Of a stretch of DNA of 64,000 nucleotides, positions 24,388 to 37,669 are shown piece after piece. Origin of the DNA: Mobula hypostoma (lineage: Eukaryota); assembly GCF_963921235.1 (NCBI RefSeq), contig NC_086109.1, positions 10,852,001 through 10,916,000 on the forward strand, given 5' to 3'. Positions within the stretch are counted from its first letter, which is position 1. Every line of letters begins with the position of its first letter. Made by a program: the position numbers and the translations under genes. The notes under the pieces are model-generated. The model was given only the letters and a program-made list of their open reading frames with translations. It had not been told where the DNA came from and did not search any database.

Positions 24388-25178
24388 TACAAGTTCAACC
24401 CAGATAAATGTGAGGTGGTTCATTTTGGTAGGTCAAATATGATGGCAGAATATAGTATTAATGCTAAGACTCTTGGCAGTGTGGAGGATCAGAGGGATCT
24501 TGGGGTCCGAGTCCATAGGACACTCAAAGCAGCTGCGCAGGTTGACTCTGTGGTTAAGAAGGCATACGGTGTATTGGCCTTCATCAACTGTGGGATTGAG
24601 TTTAAGAGCAGAGAGGTAATATTGCAGCTATATAGGACCCTGGTCAAACCCAACTTGGAGTACTGTGCTCAGTTCTGGTCGCCTCACTACAGGAAGGACG
24701 TGGAAACCATAGAAAGGGTGCAGAGGAGATTTACAAAGATGTTGCCTGGATTGGGGAGCATGCCTTATGAGAATAGGTTGAGTGAACTCGGCCTTTTCTC
24801 CTGGAAGCGACGGAGGATGAGAGGTGACCTGATAGAGGTGTACAAGATAATGAGAGGCATTGATCATGTAGATAGTCAGAGGCTTTTTCCCAGGGCTGAA
24901 ATGGCTAGCTTGAGTGGGCACTGTTTTAAGGTGCTTGGAAGTAGGTACAGAAGAGATGTCAGGGGTAAGTTTTTTACGCAGAGAGTGGTGAGTGCGTGGA
25001 ATGGGCTGCTAGCGGCAGTGGACGCGGAAACAATAGGGTCTTTTAAGAGACTCCTGGATGGATACATGGAGCTTTGAAAAATAGAGGGCTATGGCTAAGC
25101 CTAGGTAGGTCTAAGGTAAGGACATGTTTGGCACAGCTTTTTGGGCCGAAGGGCCTGTATTTCTATGATTCTATGTTA
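24388..25178 (+). mobile_element. CR1 LINE 3' fragment
   Basis: Stop-free ORF 24385-25077 (FNPDKC...LEYCAQFWSPH...FFTQRVV) and a short-repeat tail. Confidence 0.93.
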
Positions 25179-26935
25179 TATTTTTCTTTGACAGCATTTT
25201 TCTGAAGGGGTGTATTGTCACAGTTACAGATGCGATGAAAAGCTTACAACCACATCATATAAGCAGCATTCACAAGAACATAAAATAAGCACAAATTATA
25301 CTCAATGTTTACAAGAAACAACACAATTAGAACAACAAAAGGCAAAGCCCATTGGAATTTGGATTCCGAAGCATTTGGACAGGTACAAGGAGGGGAGGGT
25401 GACGGGCTGAATGCAGCAACTGGGGCTAGCAGGAAGGAGGCTGTGGCCAGCATGGGCCAATAGGGCTGAAGGGCCTGTGCTGTATTGCTCTATGACTCTG
25501 TGAATTATTCTGTTGTTTCAGTGATAGTTTACTGTAATATCTGCTTTCTTTACTCTTAAGATTTATTCATTAATCACATTCACAGTGAAACATACAGTGA
25601 AATGTGTCGCTTGCATTAGAAACCAACACAGCCACACTTAATGTATGTTGTGTTTTATGGATTGAGTTATTGTGTTTTTTATGCTTGTTGTGTTTGGTTT
25701 TTATGCCGCATCGGATCCAGAGTAACAATCATTTTGTTCTCCTTTACATTCGCTTACTGAAAAATTGACAATAAACCATATCGAGTCTTGAACCCGTGGA
25801 TGTGCTGGGGCTGGCAGCATGCAACTGTTGTCACTCATGCCTCCAACGTCCAGCAGAATGACACACGGCCTACATACAACAAAGACTGTGGGCCGTGGGC
25901 CGTACTCTTCCCATAAACAACAGCAAAACAAACCACATTCCCTCCCCCCGACACACACAGGCAGGCCTCCAAGCCCAGAGCAGGCTGCCTCGAGACTTTG
26001 AGTGTGCTCTGTTGGGTGAGAGATTTACCTCAGGAAAGGTTGAGGTTACAGTCTGATCTGCCATGACTGTTTTAGATTCGATTAGATTCAACTTTATTGT
26101 CACTGTGCCGAGTGCAGATACAAAGCCAATGAAATGCAGTTAGCATCTGACCAGAAGTGCAAAGAATAGTGCTATTTGCAAAATAACTGCGAATAAAAAA
26201 AGTGCTACAGCACACAAATATAAAAGTACTGAGACAGTACAATATGGGTGCAATACTGCTTAGCGCTGTGATGAGAGATTCAGCAGTGTCACAGCCTCAG
26301 GGAAGAAGCTCTTCCTGTGCCTGCTGGTGCCGGAGTGCCTACCGGATGGGAAGAGAGTAAAAAGTCCATGGTTAGGTTGAGATGCACTTTGCTGAGCAAT
26401 TTGCTCCATCTGTTGTTTATGTATTGAGATACAATGCAGAATAGGCCCTTCCGGCTCTTCGAGCCATGCTGCCCAGCAACCCCCGATTTTACCCTAGCCT
26501 AATCAGAAGGCAATTTAAAATGACCAATTAACTTCTCAACCAACTTACCAGATAAGATTAGATTTACTTTTCACGTACACGCATTGAAACACACAGTGAA
26601 ATGCGTTGTGTGCATCAACAACCAACGCAGTCCAAGGGCGTGCTAGGGGCAGCTCGCAAGTGTCGCCATGATTCTGGCACCAGTATAGCCTGCCCACAAC
26701 TCACTAACTCTAACCTGTGCACTTTTGGAATGTGGGAGGAAATTGGAGCACCCGTGTGGTCATGGGGAGAAAGTGCTGACTCCTTACGTTGGACCTGGTC
26801 GCTGGTGCTGTAAAGCATTTTGCTAACTGCTACGCCCGCTAGTCTAGGTGAAGATCCCAAAGCTTAGTGCAGTTTCTAAGGGGTCCGCGTTGGTTACATG
26901 TCCTGGAGTGGCTGTTGTCTGCTTCTCTCCTGCAG

Positions 26936-27201
26936 GTGTTCGGATGGGCAGCATGGGCCTTTTCCTGCAGTGTGCGTTCTCCATCCTCTGCTCCACAATC
27001 ATGGACAAGCTGGTTACGAGGTTTGGAACCAAAACTGTGTACCTCGCCAGCATTGCCTTCTTCACCATTTCTGCCATCATCATGTGCCTTTCGAAGAGTG
27101 TGGTCCTGGTCACAGCCATGTCTGCGTTAACAGGGTTTACGTATTCAACGCTGCAGATCCTGCCCTATACGTTAAACTCACTTTATCACAAGGAAAAACA
27201 G
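26936..27201 (+). CDS. SLC45A3: SLC45A3 third coding exon (266 nt)
   Basis: Acceptor cttctctcctgcAG at 26934-35. Encodes GVRMGSMGLFLQC...LQILPYTLNSLYHKEKQ. Phase-0 donor GTTGGT at 27202. Confidence 0.96.
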
Positions 27202-27536
27202 GTTGGTGGGCAGCTTTTCGATACGTTACTCCCTGAGTCATTACCACAACATGCGCTTTCTCTTAGATGGGCTGGAATGGCAGCAGTGACAAGGGATTTC
27301 AAATGCAAAGCTGGACTAGAGAATCTGGAGCAAGGAAAGGATAAGTGGGGTTATAGGAGTAAGGAGATCATCTGACCCCTCAATACTAACCCTGTTCAAG
27401 AATGATCTGACCTTGGCCTCAGCTCTCATGGGCACTAGCTTCCCTGTCAGGGAGAACTTCTTCTAAAGGCCTTGTCTCAAAAAAAGTGGCAACCACCTTT
27501 AAGGACCCTTGGCATCCAGGTCATGTCCTCTTCTCA

Positions 27537-28341
27537 AGCACAAGGAAATCTGCCGATGCTGGAAATTCAAGCAACACACATAAAAGTTGCTGGTGAACGC
27601 AGCAGGCCGAGCAGCATCTATAGGAAGAGGTACAGTCGACATTTCGGGCTGAGACCCTTCGTCAGGACTAACTGAAAGAAGAGATAGGGAGAAAGAAAGG
27701 GGGAGGGGAGCCCAGAGGATGGGCAAGGAGTTATAGTGAGAGGGACAGGGGGAGAAAAGAGAGAGAGAAAAATAATAAAACAATCATTAATAAATAAATG
27801 AATGAATGAATAAGAGATGGGGTACAAAGGGGAGGTGGGGGGGTTGGAGGAACAACACCTTATTTTCTGTCTGGGTAGCCTCCAACCTGATGGCATGAAC
27901 ATTGACTTTTCAAACTTCCGTTAATGCCCCACCTCCCCTTCGTACCCCATCCCTTATTTATTTATTTGTTTGTTTGTTTGTTTGTTTATTTATTTATTTA
28001 TTGTTTTTTCTCTCTCTTTTTTCTCCCTCTATCCCTTTCACTATAACTCCTTGCCCATCCTCTGGGCTCCCCTCCCCTTTCTTTCTCCCCAGGTCTCCTG
28101 TCCCATGATCCTCTCATATCCCTTTTGCCAAACAACTTTCCAGCTCTTAGCTCCATCCCTCCCCCTCCTATCTTATTCTATCATTTCGGATCTCCACCTC
28201 CCCTCTCACTTTCAAATCTCTTTCTATCTCTTCTTTCAATTAGTCCTGACGAAGGATCTCGGCCCGAAACGTCGACCGTACCTCTTCCTATAGATGCTGC
28301 CTGGCCTGCTGTGTCCACCAGCATTTTTTATGTGTGTTGCT
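27537..28341. mobile_element. Penelope-like insertion with inverted arms, inside a Rex1 fragment
   Basis: Minus arm 27537-27840 and plus arm ~27841-28341. 13-bp TSD tgtcctcttctca at 27524-36 and 28342-54. Confidence 0.9.
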
Positions 28342-28527
28342 TGTCCTCTTCTCATTACTTCCATCAGGGAGGAGGTGCAGGAGCCTGAAGACACACACTC
28401 AACATACTTAGAGTAGTTTCTTACCTTCCGTCATCAGATTTCTGAACAGACAATAATCCAATGAACATTACTAATTTTGCTCACTTTATGCACTAATTCT
28501 TTTTTTAACACTTATTATAATTATAGT

Positions 28528-28787
28528 TCAAGCCCCAGCTGAGGCAACGTGTTGTGTCCTTGAGCAAGGCACTTAATCACACATTGCTCTGTGACGACAC
28601 CGGTGCCAAGCTGTATGGGTCCTAATGCCCTTCCCTTGGACAACATTGGTGTCATGGAGAGGGGAGATTTGCAGCATGGGCAACTGCTGGTCTTCCATAC
28701 AAACTTACCCAGGCCTGCGCCCTGGAGACTGAAGACTTTCCAGGCGCAGATCCATGGTCTTGCAAGACTAACGGATGCCTTTACTAT
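28528..28787 (+). mobile_element. 5'-truncated CORE-type SINE
   Basis: Contains gtgtccttgagcaaggcacttaa. Perfect 16-bp TSD ttattataattatagt at 28512-27 and 28788-803. Confidence 0.85.
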
Positions 28788-29509
28788 TTATTATAATTAT
28801 AGTATATTTTATGTATTGCACTGTCACCAACAAATTTCATGACATATGTCAATGATATTAAACCTGATTCTGATTCAACTTTCCCAGCTATTTACCTCTT
28901 ACACTCAATTCCCAAAATCCAACAATCTGTCATTGAGTCATACAGCAAGGGTATAGGCCCTTCCGCCCAACTGGTCTATGACAGCCCAGATACTGATCTG
29001 AAATAGACCCATTTACCTATGTTTGGTCCTTGTCTCTTTAAGCATTTCCTGTCTTTGTACTTCTTCAGTGTCCTTCAGCCACCGTAATTCTGTCTCTGTT
29101 TCCTCCTGCAGCTCGCTGCATCAGAATCAGATTTATTATCACTGTCTCACGAGGTAAAATGTGTTGTCTTGTAGCAGTAGTATAGTGCAATGAGATAAAA
29201 TTAACGATGAAGTTCAAAATAAATAAAAGATCCAAAACAAAGGAGTAACGAGTTCGCGGACTGTTCGGAAATCTGATGGCAGAGGGGAAGAAGCAGTTCC
29301 TAAAACACTGAGTGTGTGTCTTCAGGCCCCTGTACCTCCTCCCTGTTGGTAGGAATGAGAAGAGGGCGATGATGCTCCTTGGTGATGGATGCCACTCTTT
29401 TGAGGCACTGCTTTGTAAGATGTCCTCATTGGGGGAGGATTGTGCCTATGCTGGGGCAGGCAGAATCTACAAACCCTGTGCCCTCTTCCAATCCTGTGAA
29501 TTGGAGCCT

Positions 29510-30310
29510 GTCGATTGTTTCTGGTTTCAACTATATGAAAATTCTGAGCTTGGTATCTTCACTCTTTATGAATTCAAATGCTCCAGCTAAGTTTGTTATA
29601 TTTCTCTTCTCTTTCTCCGTAAAAATCCACACAGCTTTACATTGCATAGATTTTAAATCAGCTCTTACAAAAGAACTCTAATTGACCTCTGCCTTATCAA
29701 GTACTTCCATTTTAATGAGTCCTTAATCTGAGATCTTGTAAAACTCCCCCTTATTGATTTCCTCAATAATGATTTCATTTTTATTGTTTTGATTTTTAAC
29801 TCCCTATCTCTGTTTAAATACCGTTTTTTTAATCAGGCTACACAGATGTTATTCCTGGCAGAACCAACCAGGGTAGAAATGCGAGCTCTTGTTACAGATG
29901 TGAGTGAGTGATAATGTAAACACGTTGTATGCTTCTGAAATTCTGTTTCATAAATTTCATTCCAACTAGATTTCAAGACCAGATTTCAGTGCAGGTGTAA
30001 TTAAAAATCGTACGTCCATCTTTGCAGAGAGACAATGAACTTCTCTTGATTTCATTACTAACTAAAGACCTCTTCCAGTATATTTGATGTCTTTTAATTA
30101 TTACTGCAGCATCTCTGCTGACTCTATGATCATCCCAAGATCAATACTTGGAGTCATTTGTACATTAAATTGACTTAAATATCCCTATCTAATAGGCGGA
30201 GGCTGAAACCCTGTGTACAAAGATATCTAGAGACTTTAATAGCAGCTTAATAGTATAATAATGCTCTGATAAGTCCTTTCCTTGCACCTCAGTGTAATCT
30301 CATAAACTGA
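29510..30310 (-). pseudogene. Possible bunyaviral (phenui-like) L C-terminal remnant
   Basis: A single frame of ~265 codons with about a dozen stops but strong first-position purine bias. LQ**LKDIKYTGRGL* resembles the Q...YxGxGxW cap-binding-region pattern. Confidence 0.35.
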
Positions 30311-30317
30311 TAGAATA

Positions 30318-31003
30318 TAAGACCATAAGATAAAGCCCATCGAGTCTGCTCCGCCTTTAAATCATGGCTGATCCATTTCCCCTCTCAGCCCCAGTTTCCT
30401 GCCTTCTCCCCATGTCCCTTCATGCCCTGACAAATCAAGAATCTATCAACATCTGCCTTGAATATACCCAATGACTTGGCCACCACAGCCATCTGTGGCA
30501 ACAAATTCCACGGGTTCACCACTCTCTGGCTACAGGAATTCCTCATCTCCATTCTAAAAGGACACCCCTCTATTCTGAGGGTGTGTCCTACGGTCCTAGA
30601 CTCTCCCACCATAGGAAACATCCTCTCCACATCCACTCTGTTGAAGCCTTTCAATATTTAATAGGTTTCAATCAGGTCACCCCTCATTCTTCTGAATTCG
30701 AGTGAATACAGAGCCATCAAACACTCTTCATGTGACAAGCCTTTCAGACCCGGAATTATTTTCATGCACCTTCTTTGCAGTCTCTCCAATGTCACCACAT
30801 CCTTTTGAAGATGAGGGTCCCAAAACTGTTCACAATACTCCAAGTGAGGCCTTATAAAGCCTCCACAGCACAACGTTGCTTTTGTATTCTAGTCCTCTCG
30901 AAATGAATGCTGACATTGCATGTGCCTTCCTCACCTCCAACCCGACCTGCAAATTCACCTTTAGGGAATCCTGCCCAAGGTCTCCCAATTCCCTTTGCAC
31001 CTC
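30318..31003 (-). mobile_element. CR1 LINE 3' fragment
   Basis: ORFs 30658-30873 and 30385-30654 (RPHLEYCEQFW, QRVVNPWN) and an accataag-type tail. Confidence 0.9.
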
Positions 31004-32801
31004 ACGTGTGTGGGTCAGGCCTGTTCTGCTCGCTGCTCCACAACATTTACTCAGCTCTGCACTGAACTGAGTCTGAGCCCGTGGCCGGCTCGGCCTGCTC
31101 CTGACTTCGTGGCTGTGGACTCGCTTTCATTCTGAACGCTTGTTGTTTACTTTTATTGTTTGGACAATGTTTTTTTTCCATCTCTCCACACTGGGTGTTT
31201 GACGGTCTTTTTTTTAATGGGTTCTTTTTGGTTTTTTTGTTTTGTGTGAGGAGACAAATCTCAAGGTTGTATAATGTATACATAATTTGATAATAAACGT
31301 ACTTTGAACTTTGGGCTCATAGAACTTTACAGCACAGTAATTATAGTGCAATCACTCAAGTCAAGTAAGATGTTCTCCTAAGGATTTGCCTATTGGTGGA
31401 TCCTCAGGTAGAGGCCCATCCGGGATCCACGTATCCTGAGGGGCTTCCAGGCCTCTTCAATCTTGCTCCCTTTCCACTTGCTGATCACCACGGGACTTAA
31501 TTCAGGATGTTAGGGTGAATTCACTTAATGGAGAACGCCTGCACGTGACTTTGTTGAACGTGGGGAGGCTGATGCGTGGGCAGACACCACATAGTCCTTG
31601 ACAGATCAGGGTCAGGGTCCAGTGACATGGAATGCAAGACAACTGGGGACCCTCGGCTGAGCGGTTCCTGCTTAATGATGTCTTTTCTATAATAGGATGA
31701 TGTAAAGTGAACTCAATGCTCCCAAAAGTGATTCTTACCAACATTTTATACAACTGTAATATAACATTCCAACTTGTGATGAAGGTCAGCTTTCCAAAAG
31801 CCTTCTTCACCACCCTATCGACCTTGAGGATACTTCTCAGGAACTATGCACTTGTACTCCTGATCTACAGCACTCCTAATTTCTGAATCTAATCCATTGA
31901 GTGGATGTAGTGCAGTGTTCATATACCGTTGGTGTATGGACAGCTGTGGCTTATCCAATGTTCAATTGGATCCATTCATATGCCTCATTTTTGTAAAGAG
32001 GTGGGAATTGGAGAACGAGGGCCGGATCGGGCAAGAGAAAAGATCATTGTCAAAGACAACTCTTCCCGCAACTTTTTCAAAGAATCCCATCTGAAGCTAA
32101 ATTAGTTACTGTTGAGTCTCCCCATTTCTTGTTCATGATGTTTCAGCAAGTGAGAATTTATTCATTTATTTATTTAGAGGTGCCACGCGGGATAGGCCGC
32201 ACTGACAAGTAAGCCCCGATTTACCCCTGGTTTAACTCCAGCCTAATCACAGGACAATTTACAGTGACCAGTTAACTGGCATGTCTCCGGAAAGCGGACA
32301 ACCCACGTGGTCACGGGGATGATGTACTGACTCCTTACAGAGGACGTTGGGATTGAACACTGCACTCCGATACCCCGAGCTACGCCTCCGTGGTCAGAAT
32401 CAGGTTTCCGATCGCTGTCGTATGCTGTGAAATTTGTTGGTTTTGAGGCAGCATTGCAATTCCAAACATTAAAAAAAATCTATAATTACAGTAAGAAATG
32501 TAAATATATAAAATTAAACAAGCAATGCAAAAGAAGAGCAAAAGTAGTCAGGTAGTGTTCATGGTTGCTTCATTGTCCATTCAGAAATGTGATGGCAGAT
32601 TATGTCTTCAGGCTCCTCTTCCTCCTCCCTGAAGGTAGTCATAAGAAGAGGGCACATCCTGGGTGGTGGGGATCCTTAATGATAGATGCCGCCTTTTAGC
32701 GGCACTGCCTTTTGAAGATGTCCTCGATGCTGAGGACCCCATAAAGTTTAGTCCATCGCCGATTTATGAGCTTTTCTTCTGTTCTCCTCCCCCTTGCGCA
32801 G

Positions 32802-33242
32802 GTATTTTTTTGCAAGCACAAGTTTACTGAACTCGAAGATGCTAATTGCCAAGTGGACAGCAAAATATCTCCGCCAAACGGAATCTTGAATCATAAGTCA
32901 TACAATCAAAATGGCAGCGTGATCACAGCTGCTCCCCTGCTGATGGCCAAGGGGCCTCCGCCTGACCAAAGTGCAGGTCCACAGAGCCGGAGCGAGGTGG
33001 TGGTTTCTGCCGACGTCGAACAGGCCACTATGGGAAGAGGGATTTGTCTTGACCTAGCCATTCTAGATAGTGCCTTCCTCCTCTCTCAGGTCATTCCCTC
33101 ACTGCTCATGGGCACAATCGTCCAGTTTACACAGACAGTAACTGCTTACATGATCTCTGCTGCCACCTTTGGGACAGTGGCTCTTTATTTTGCAACCAAA
33201 ATAGTTTTTGATAAAAATGATTTAGAAAAGTATTTAGTGTGA
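32802..33242 (+). CDS. SLC45A3: SLC45A3 last coding exon, to TGA
   Basis: Polypyrimidine tract and AG at 32800-01. Encodes VFFCKHK...GRGICLDLAILDSAFLLSQVIPSLLMGTIVQ...FDKNDLEKYLV*. The four exons total 1695 nt, giving 564 aa. Confidence 0.96.
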   Translation, partial: VFFCKHKFTELEDANCQVDSKISPPNGILNHKSYNQNGSVITAAPLLMAKGPPPDQSAGPQSRSEVVVSADVEQATMGRGICLDLAILDSAFLLSQVIPSLLMGTIVQFTQTVTAYMISAATFGTVALYFATKIVFDKNDLEKYLV

Positions 33243-36140
33243 TGCAATGAAGGGATTTTGTCTTTCAGCTCTGGGTGGTCTAACAGTTGGAGGTGAGTGA
33301 TATTGAGTTTGGCCACAATGTTATCAGCATGACAATTATCAGGTACAAGCAGAATGCAAGGTATAATTAGAGAAAAACCAATTTGCACTCTCTTAAAACT
33401 CCATCTGAATCTAGTCCATGGTACAGTTTTTTGTATACTGTTGGTGCACGGACATTTAATGTTTAATTGGATCCGTTCATGCTTCTCATCTTTGTAAAAC
33501 CATTTTATGTAATGAGTCGGGCTTTAAGCTTCCGATCATTTTATGTTTACTAGGTGATCCAAATATCTGGTGGGGTAATGTGGCTCTCTGTGTAACCCCT
33601 GTAAACATCTGTGAACATGAACCAAAACATATTCTGGAGATTTGATTCATCTGCAGAAGGAATGAAGAGCCACCGACGCCGTGATTGCGATGGGTCTTTG
33701 TGATGCAAAAGACAAATGGGTCAATTAAACCCGACCTCACGTCACAGGCTTCCTGCAGGGTGAAACTTGCCCAAGTGCAATAATAAGGCTTCCTTGTAGC
33801 TTCCAGGACCTGCAGTGAGACCAGGTATAAATGAATGTGGTACGAGACATAATTGTTCAGAGGATGTATCTACTGCTGGGTTTTTATGGCTGGCAAGCCA
33901 GAGGCATTACCTTAGTGGACTGAACTAATTTCAATGTGGTTTAAATTGATGCTATTAGTTAAAAATCTGCGCACTGCTTGTGCTCAGTCTGTTGGCTGAA
34001 GGTCTTCTTTACATCAGCAGTGCTTTGTCTTCACATTTAACAAACTGTGCAATATGGTAGCCCATTGGGGACATGGATTTCATTCCATAGCAGCTACTGG
34101 TGAGGTTATAAGTTTGGATGAACCAACTAATCTCAAAGTGAGAAGGAGAATGGCCCCCTTCATAGGTTTGGTCCAAGCGACAAGACTTGAGGATGTAGAT
34201 TTTCTGAGATCAGCTCCTTCCTCGCCCAGGTAGGGACCTGGGAAGAGCGAGGAGAAAGAGGGGATGAAGAAGGAAGGAAGAAAAAGATCAACATTTTTGA
34301 TTCCAGGCCCAAATCTGACTTTATGTTACCTGCTAGTAACATCAGATCTCCTTTGCGCTGAAGGGAAAATTTTCACAATGAAAAACTGGACGGGAGATAA
34401 TGAGTATTGATTGCAGTAGACCTGTTCTGTTTATATGTCAAGCATTCCTAATGATCATGACTTATCTCTCATGCAACATTCAGAAGGGCTGATGTTTAAA
34501 CATCTGCAACCCTGAGAGTGTGCCTTGTTACTCATTCCCTCAGCTTTTAAAATGACACCTGCAGGAACTGACATCACTGAGCTCTGCACAGCTCAGTTGT
34601 TGGTACATTATGAGGTTGGAATGTGCCCAGAGTTGTAAACACTTGTGGAAACCCAGTACTGTATTGGAAATTTCGGCCAACCATTTACATTTTGCTCATT
34701 TCAGTGGTTCAGATTGGACTTCAATGAGGACATTGAATCTACCCAATTGTCTTGCAAGTTACCCCCTGAAACATTTTGTAATACAGTCTGAGGTTTCTAA
34801 GTAATCAGTCTGATATACCTGACCCACATTTAAAAAAAAATTATTGAAATAATTTCCCTTCTTTGACTTTGAAACAGTGGAGATCTTGCTTCTGGTTGAT
34901 AGGCCACACACATCCTTAATCAGATACAGTGGAGTAGTGTAGTTCATCTTGTACCCCCGTAACACAGTTTCTTATCCCATCCCTAATCTTTTTTTTCTTC
35001 TCTCTTTCCCTCTCACAGTAACTCCTTGCCTGTTCTCCATCTTCCTCTGGTGCTCCCCTCCCCCTTTCTTTCTTCAAAGGCCTTCTGTCATATGATACTC
35101 CTCCTTCTCCAGCCTTATATCCCTTTTGCCAATCAACTTCCCAGCTCTTAGCTTCATCCCTCCCCCTCCTGTCTTCTCCTATCATTCTCCTGTCTCCCAC
35201 TTTCAGATCTCTTACTATCTCTTTTTTCCGTTAGTCCTGACGGAGGGTCTCGACCCGAAACGTCGACTGTACTGCTTCCTATAGATGCTGCCTGGCCTGC
35301 TGCATTCACCAGCATTTTGTGTGTGTTCCTCATCTAAATTTGCCTTTCCAGTATAGCAGAGACTAGTATGTTTGAACAAGGAGCCTCCCAGACCATGGTG
35401 TACTCAATCTGTGTCCATGGTCCCGATCGTCCGTTACCATGACGAAAACAACTACGTTGTCACCTTGCCCCCTTAGTGATTTTCCCCAACCTACAACATC
35501 ATTCTTCTAAGCACCAAAATCCTAGTGCGAACAACTACTTAGCTTCAGAGCAACAGGCAATAAGCTAACTGCTGTGTTAGCGGGTGAATGGTTTAAGATA
35601 GCTGATGAAACGAGATGAATTTAATTTCCTCTTTCGTGTTAGTGCAAACATTCAATAATCCAAATACTTCAGGCAAAAGGCCCACGTCCAATAATGGTGA
35701 GAAATGGTAACCGTGGAGTTTTCCTTCGCATTTCAACGACAGTCCTTGTAACAAATTTCCAGTGGCAATAATTTCTTCTGTAGCCTCTTGGGAATGTATT
35801 GTCCTGGTCCCAACTGTGGAAATTGCTGCTGATGCTCATTTCTTATTCTGCCTGCAAATTGGGTTGTTACAGATTTGCAGAGCGTCTGTGTGTTGGTGTC
35901 CATATCACTCACCTCTAGCTGGCTTGTGTCTGTAAGTCAATTGCTAAATTATAGAATTGTATAAATCATCTGGGGAACAAAGGTATATTATTTTTCGTAG
36001 AATTAATAATTTTGCCTTAAAAATCTATTTTTGTTAAAATTTGTTGACCTGGCAACTGTTTTAAAGATCTATGATTACTGTATTTATATTGTAGAGATAT
36101 TTTGTACAGTGACAATTTATTTCCCATATATAAAGGAACA
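33243..36140 (+). other. SLC45A3: Probable SLC45A3 3'UTR
   Basis: Mostly repeat-free sequence after the stop, ending in an AT-rich, TGTA-rich block with TATAAA near 36130. The end point is inferred. Confidence 0.5.
34966..35328 (+). mobile_element. Penelope terminal-repeat fragment in the probable SLC45A3 3'UTR
   Basis: Same pyrimidine-rich repeat as 23520-23900. Hammerhead-like motif at 35233-68. Confidence 0.85.
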
Positions 36141-36892
36141 GGTGTCCACAGGAAAATGGAAGTAGCTGTAGTTTTCTCCGTCATGTTCCAGGTGATGATT
36201 TAAGAAATGGTTTTCTCACTGGGAGCAACATCTTCACTCCAGCCACAAGTGAATGAAGGCCTTCAAGCAGAAACAAGAGTTCCTGAAGCTTACAACACAG
36301 AAGGCTTCCCTCTTCTTATCGTGTCTCGGGCAGACCCTTCCTAGTCCAGAGTAACAGACACAAAATGCTGGAGGTACTCGGCAGGTCGGGCAGCATCCAT
36401 GGAGAGGAATAAACAGTTGACGCTTCGGTTCTGGACCCTTCATCAGGACTCAGACGTCGACTACTTATTCCTTTCCACAGATCTGGTGTCCACGGACCAT
36501 GGGTCAGGAACCCCTGCCATAGCTGGTGCTGGACCTGCTGAGATCCGCCAGTATTTTGTGCGTGTTCCCCTGAATTTCTAACATGGGCAGAATCTCTTGT
36601 CTTTATCTTTGCTAGACTGGCTCACTCCACTGTACAGTCGGTGTTCATAGATCTGCTTTTGCATCAAATTAATCGATTTTCTGCGTAAGGGTGCAATGGC
36701 CTTTATCTCAACTATTTCCTGTATCGAGGGGTTCCAGCATCAGAATAATCTTTCCCAAAATGCACTCAAATTCCTCTAACCGTACAGCCAGTTTGATCTC
36801 TTGTTTAAACTCCCAAGTTCTTATCACTGACTTTAGAACATTTCGCCCCCCAATGCTGGGGCGATTTGCACACCTATCAAACCGGTGCAGCG

Positions 36893-37454
36893 TACACAAA
36901 ATGCTGGAGGAACTCAGCAGGTCAGGCAGCATCTGTGGAAATGGTTGAACAGTCAAGACTTCAGGCTGAGACCCTTCATCGGGACTGGAAAGGTAGGGGT
37001 AAGAAGCCAGGGTAAGAAGGTGGTGGGGTGGAGGAGGAGTACAAGCGGGCAGGTAATAGGTGAGGGGAAAGGTGGGTAAATGGAGAAGGGGGGGATGGAA
37101 TGAGAAGCTGGGAAGGGACGGGTGGAAAAGGGCTGAAGAAGAAGGAATCCAATACAAGAGGAGAGTGGACCATGGGAGAAAGGGAAGAAGGAGGGACACC
37201 AGACTGAGATGACGTACAGGTGAGGAGAAATGGTGAAGGTGGGAATGAAATAAGAGAGAAGGTGGAGGGGAGAGAAATTATTATAAGTTAGAGAAATTGA
37301 TGTTCAGCCTTCAGATTGGAGACTGCCCAGGCGGAACATGAAGTGTTGCTCTCCCATGCGAGAGTGGCCTCATTCAGTAGAGGAGACCATGGACAGCATG
37401 TTGAAATGGGAATGGGAATGGGAAGCAGAATTAAGCTGGGTGCCAGTGCACAGA
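36893..37454 (-). mobile_element. Penelope-like fragment
   Basis: Terminal repeat acacaaaatgctggaggaactcagcagg, a purine-rich tract and a degenerate endonuclease C-terminus. Confidence 0.8.
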
Positions 37455-37468
37455 TGGCATTGAGCAAC

Positions 37469-37669
37469 ACTCACAACACGCTGGAGGAACTCAGCAGGTC
37501 GGGCAGCATCCGTGGAAACGATCAGTCAACGTTTCAGGCCGCAACCCTTCGTCAGGTTCCGGCCCGAAACGTTGACTGATCATTTCCACGGATGCTGCCC
37601 GACCTGCTGAGTTCTTCCAGCGTGTTGTGAGTGTTGCTTTGACCCCAGCATCTGCAGATTATTTTGTGT
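37469..37669. mobile_element. Short fold-back Penelope-derived insertion
   Basis: ~78-bp inverted arms (37463-37540 and 37561-37638). 14-bp TSD tggcattgagcaac at 37455-68 and 37670-83. Confidence 0.88.
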
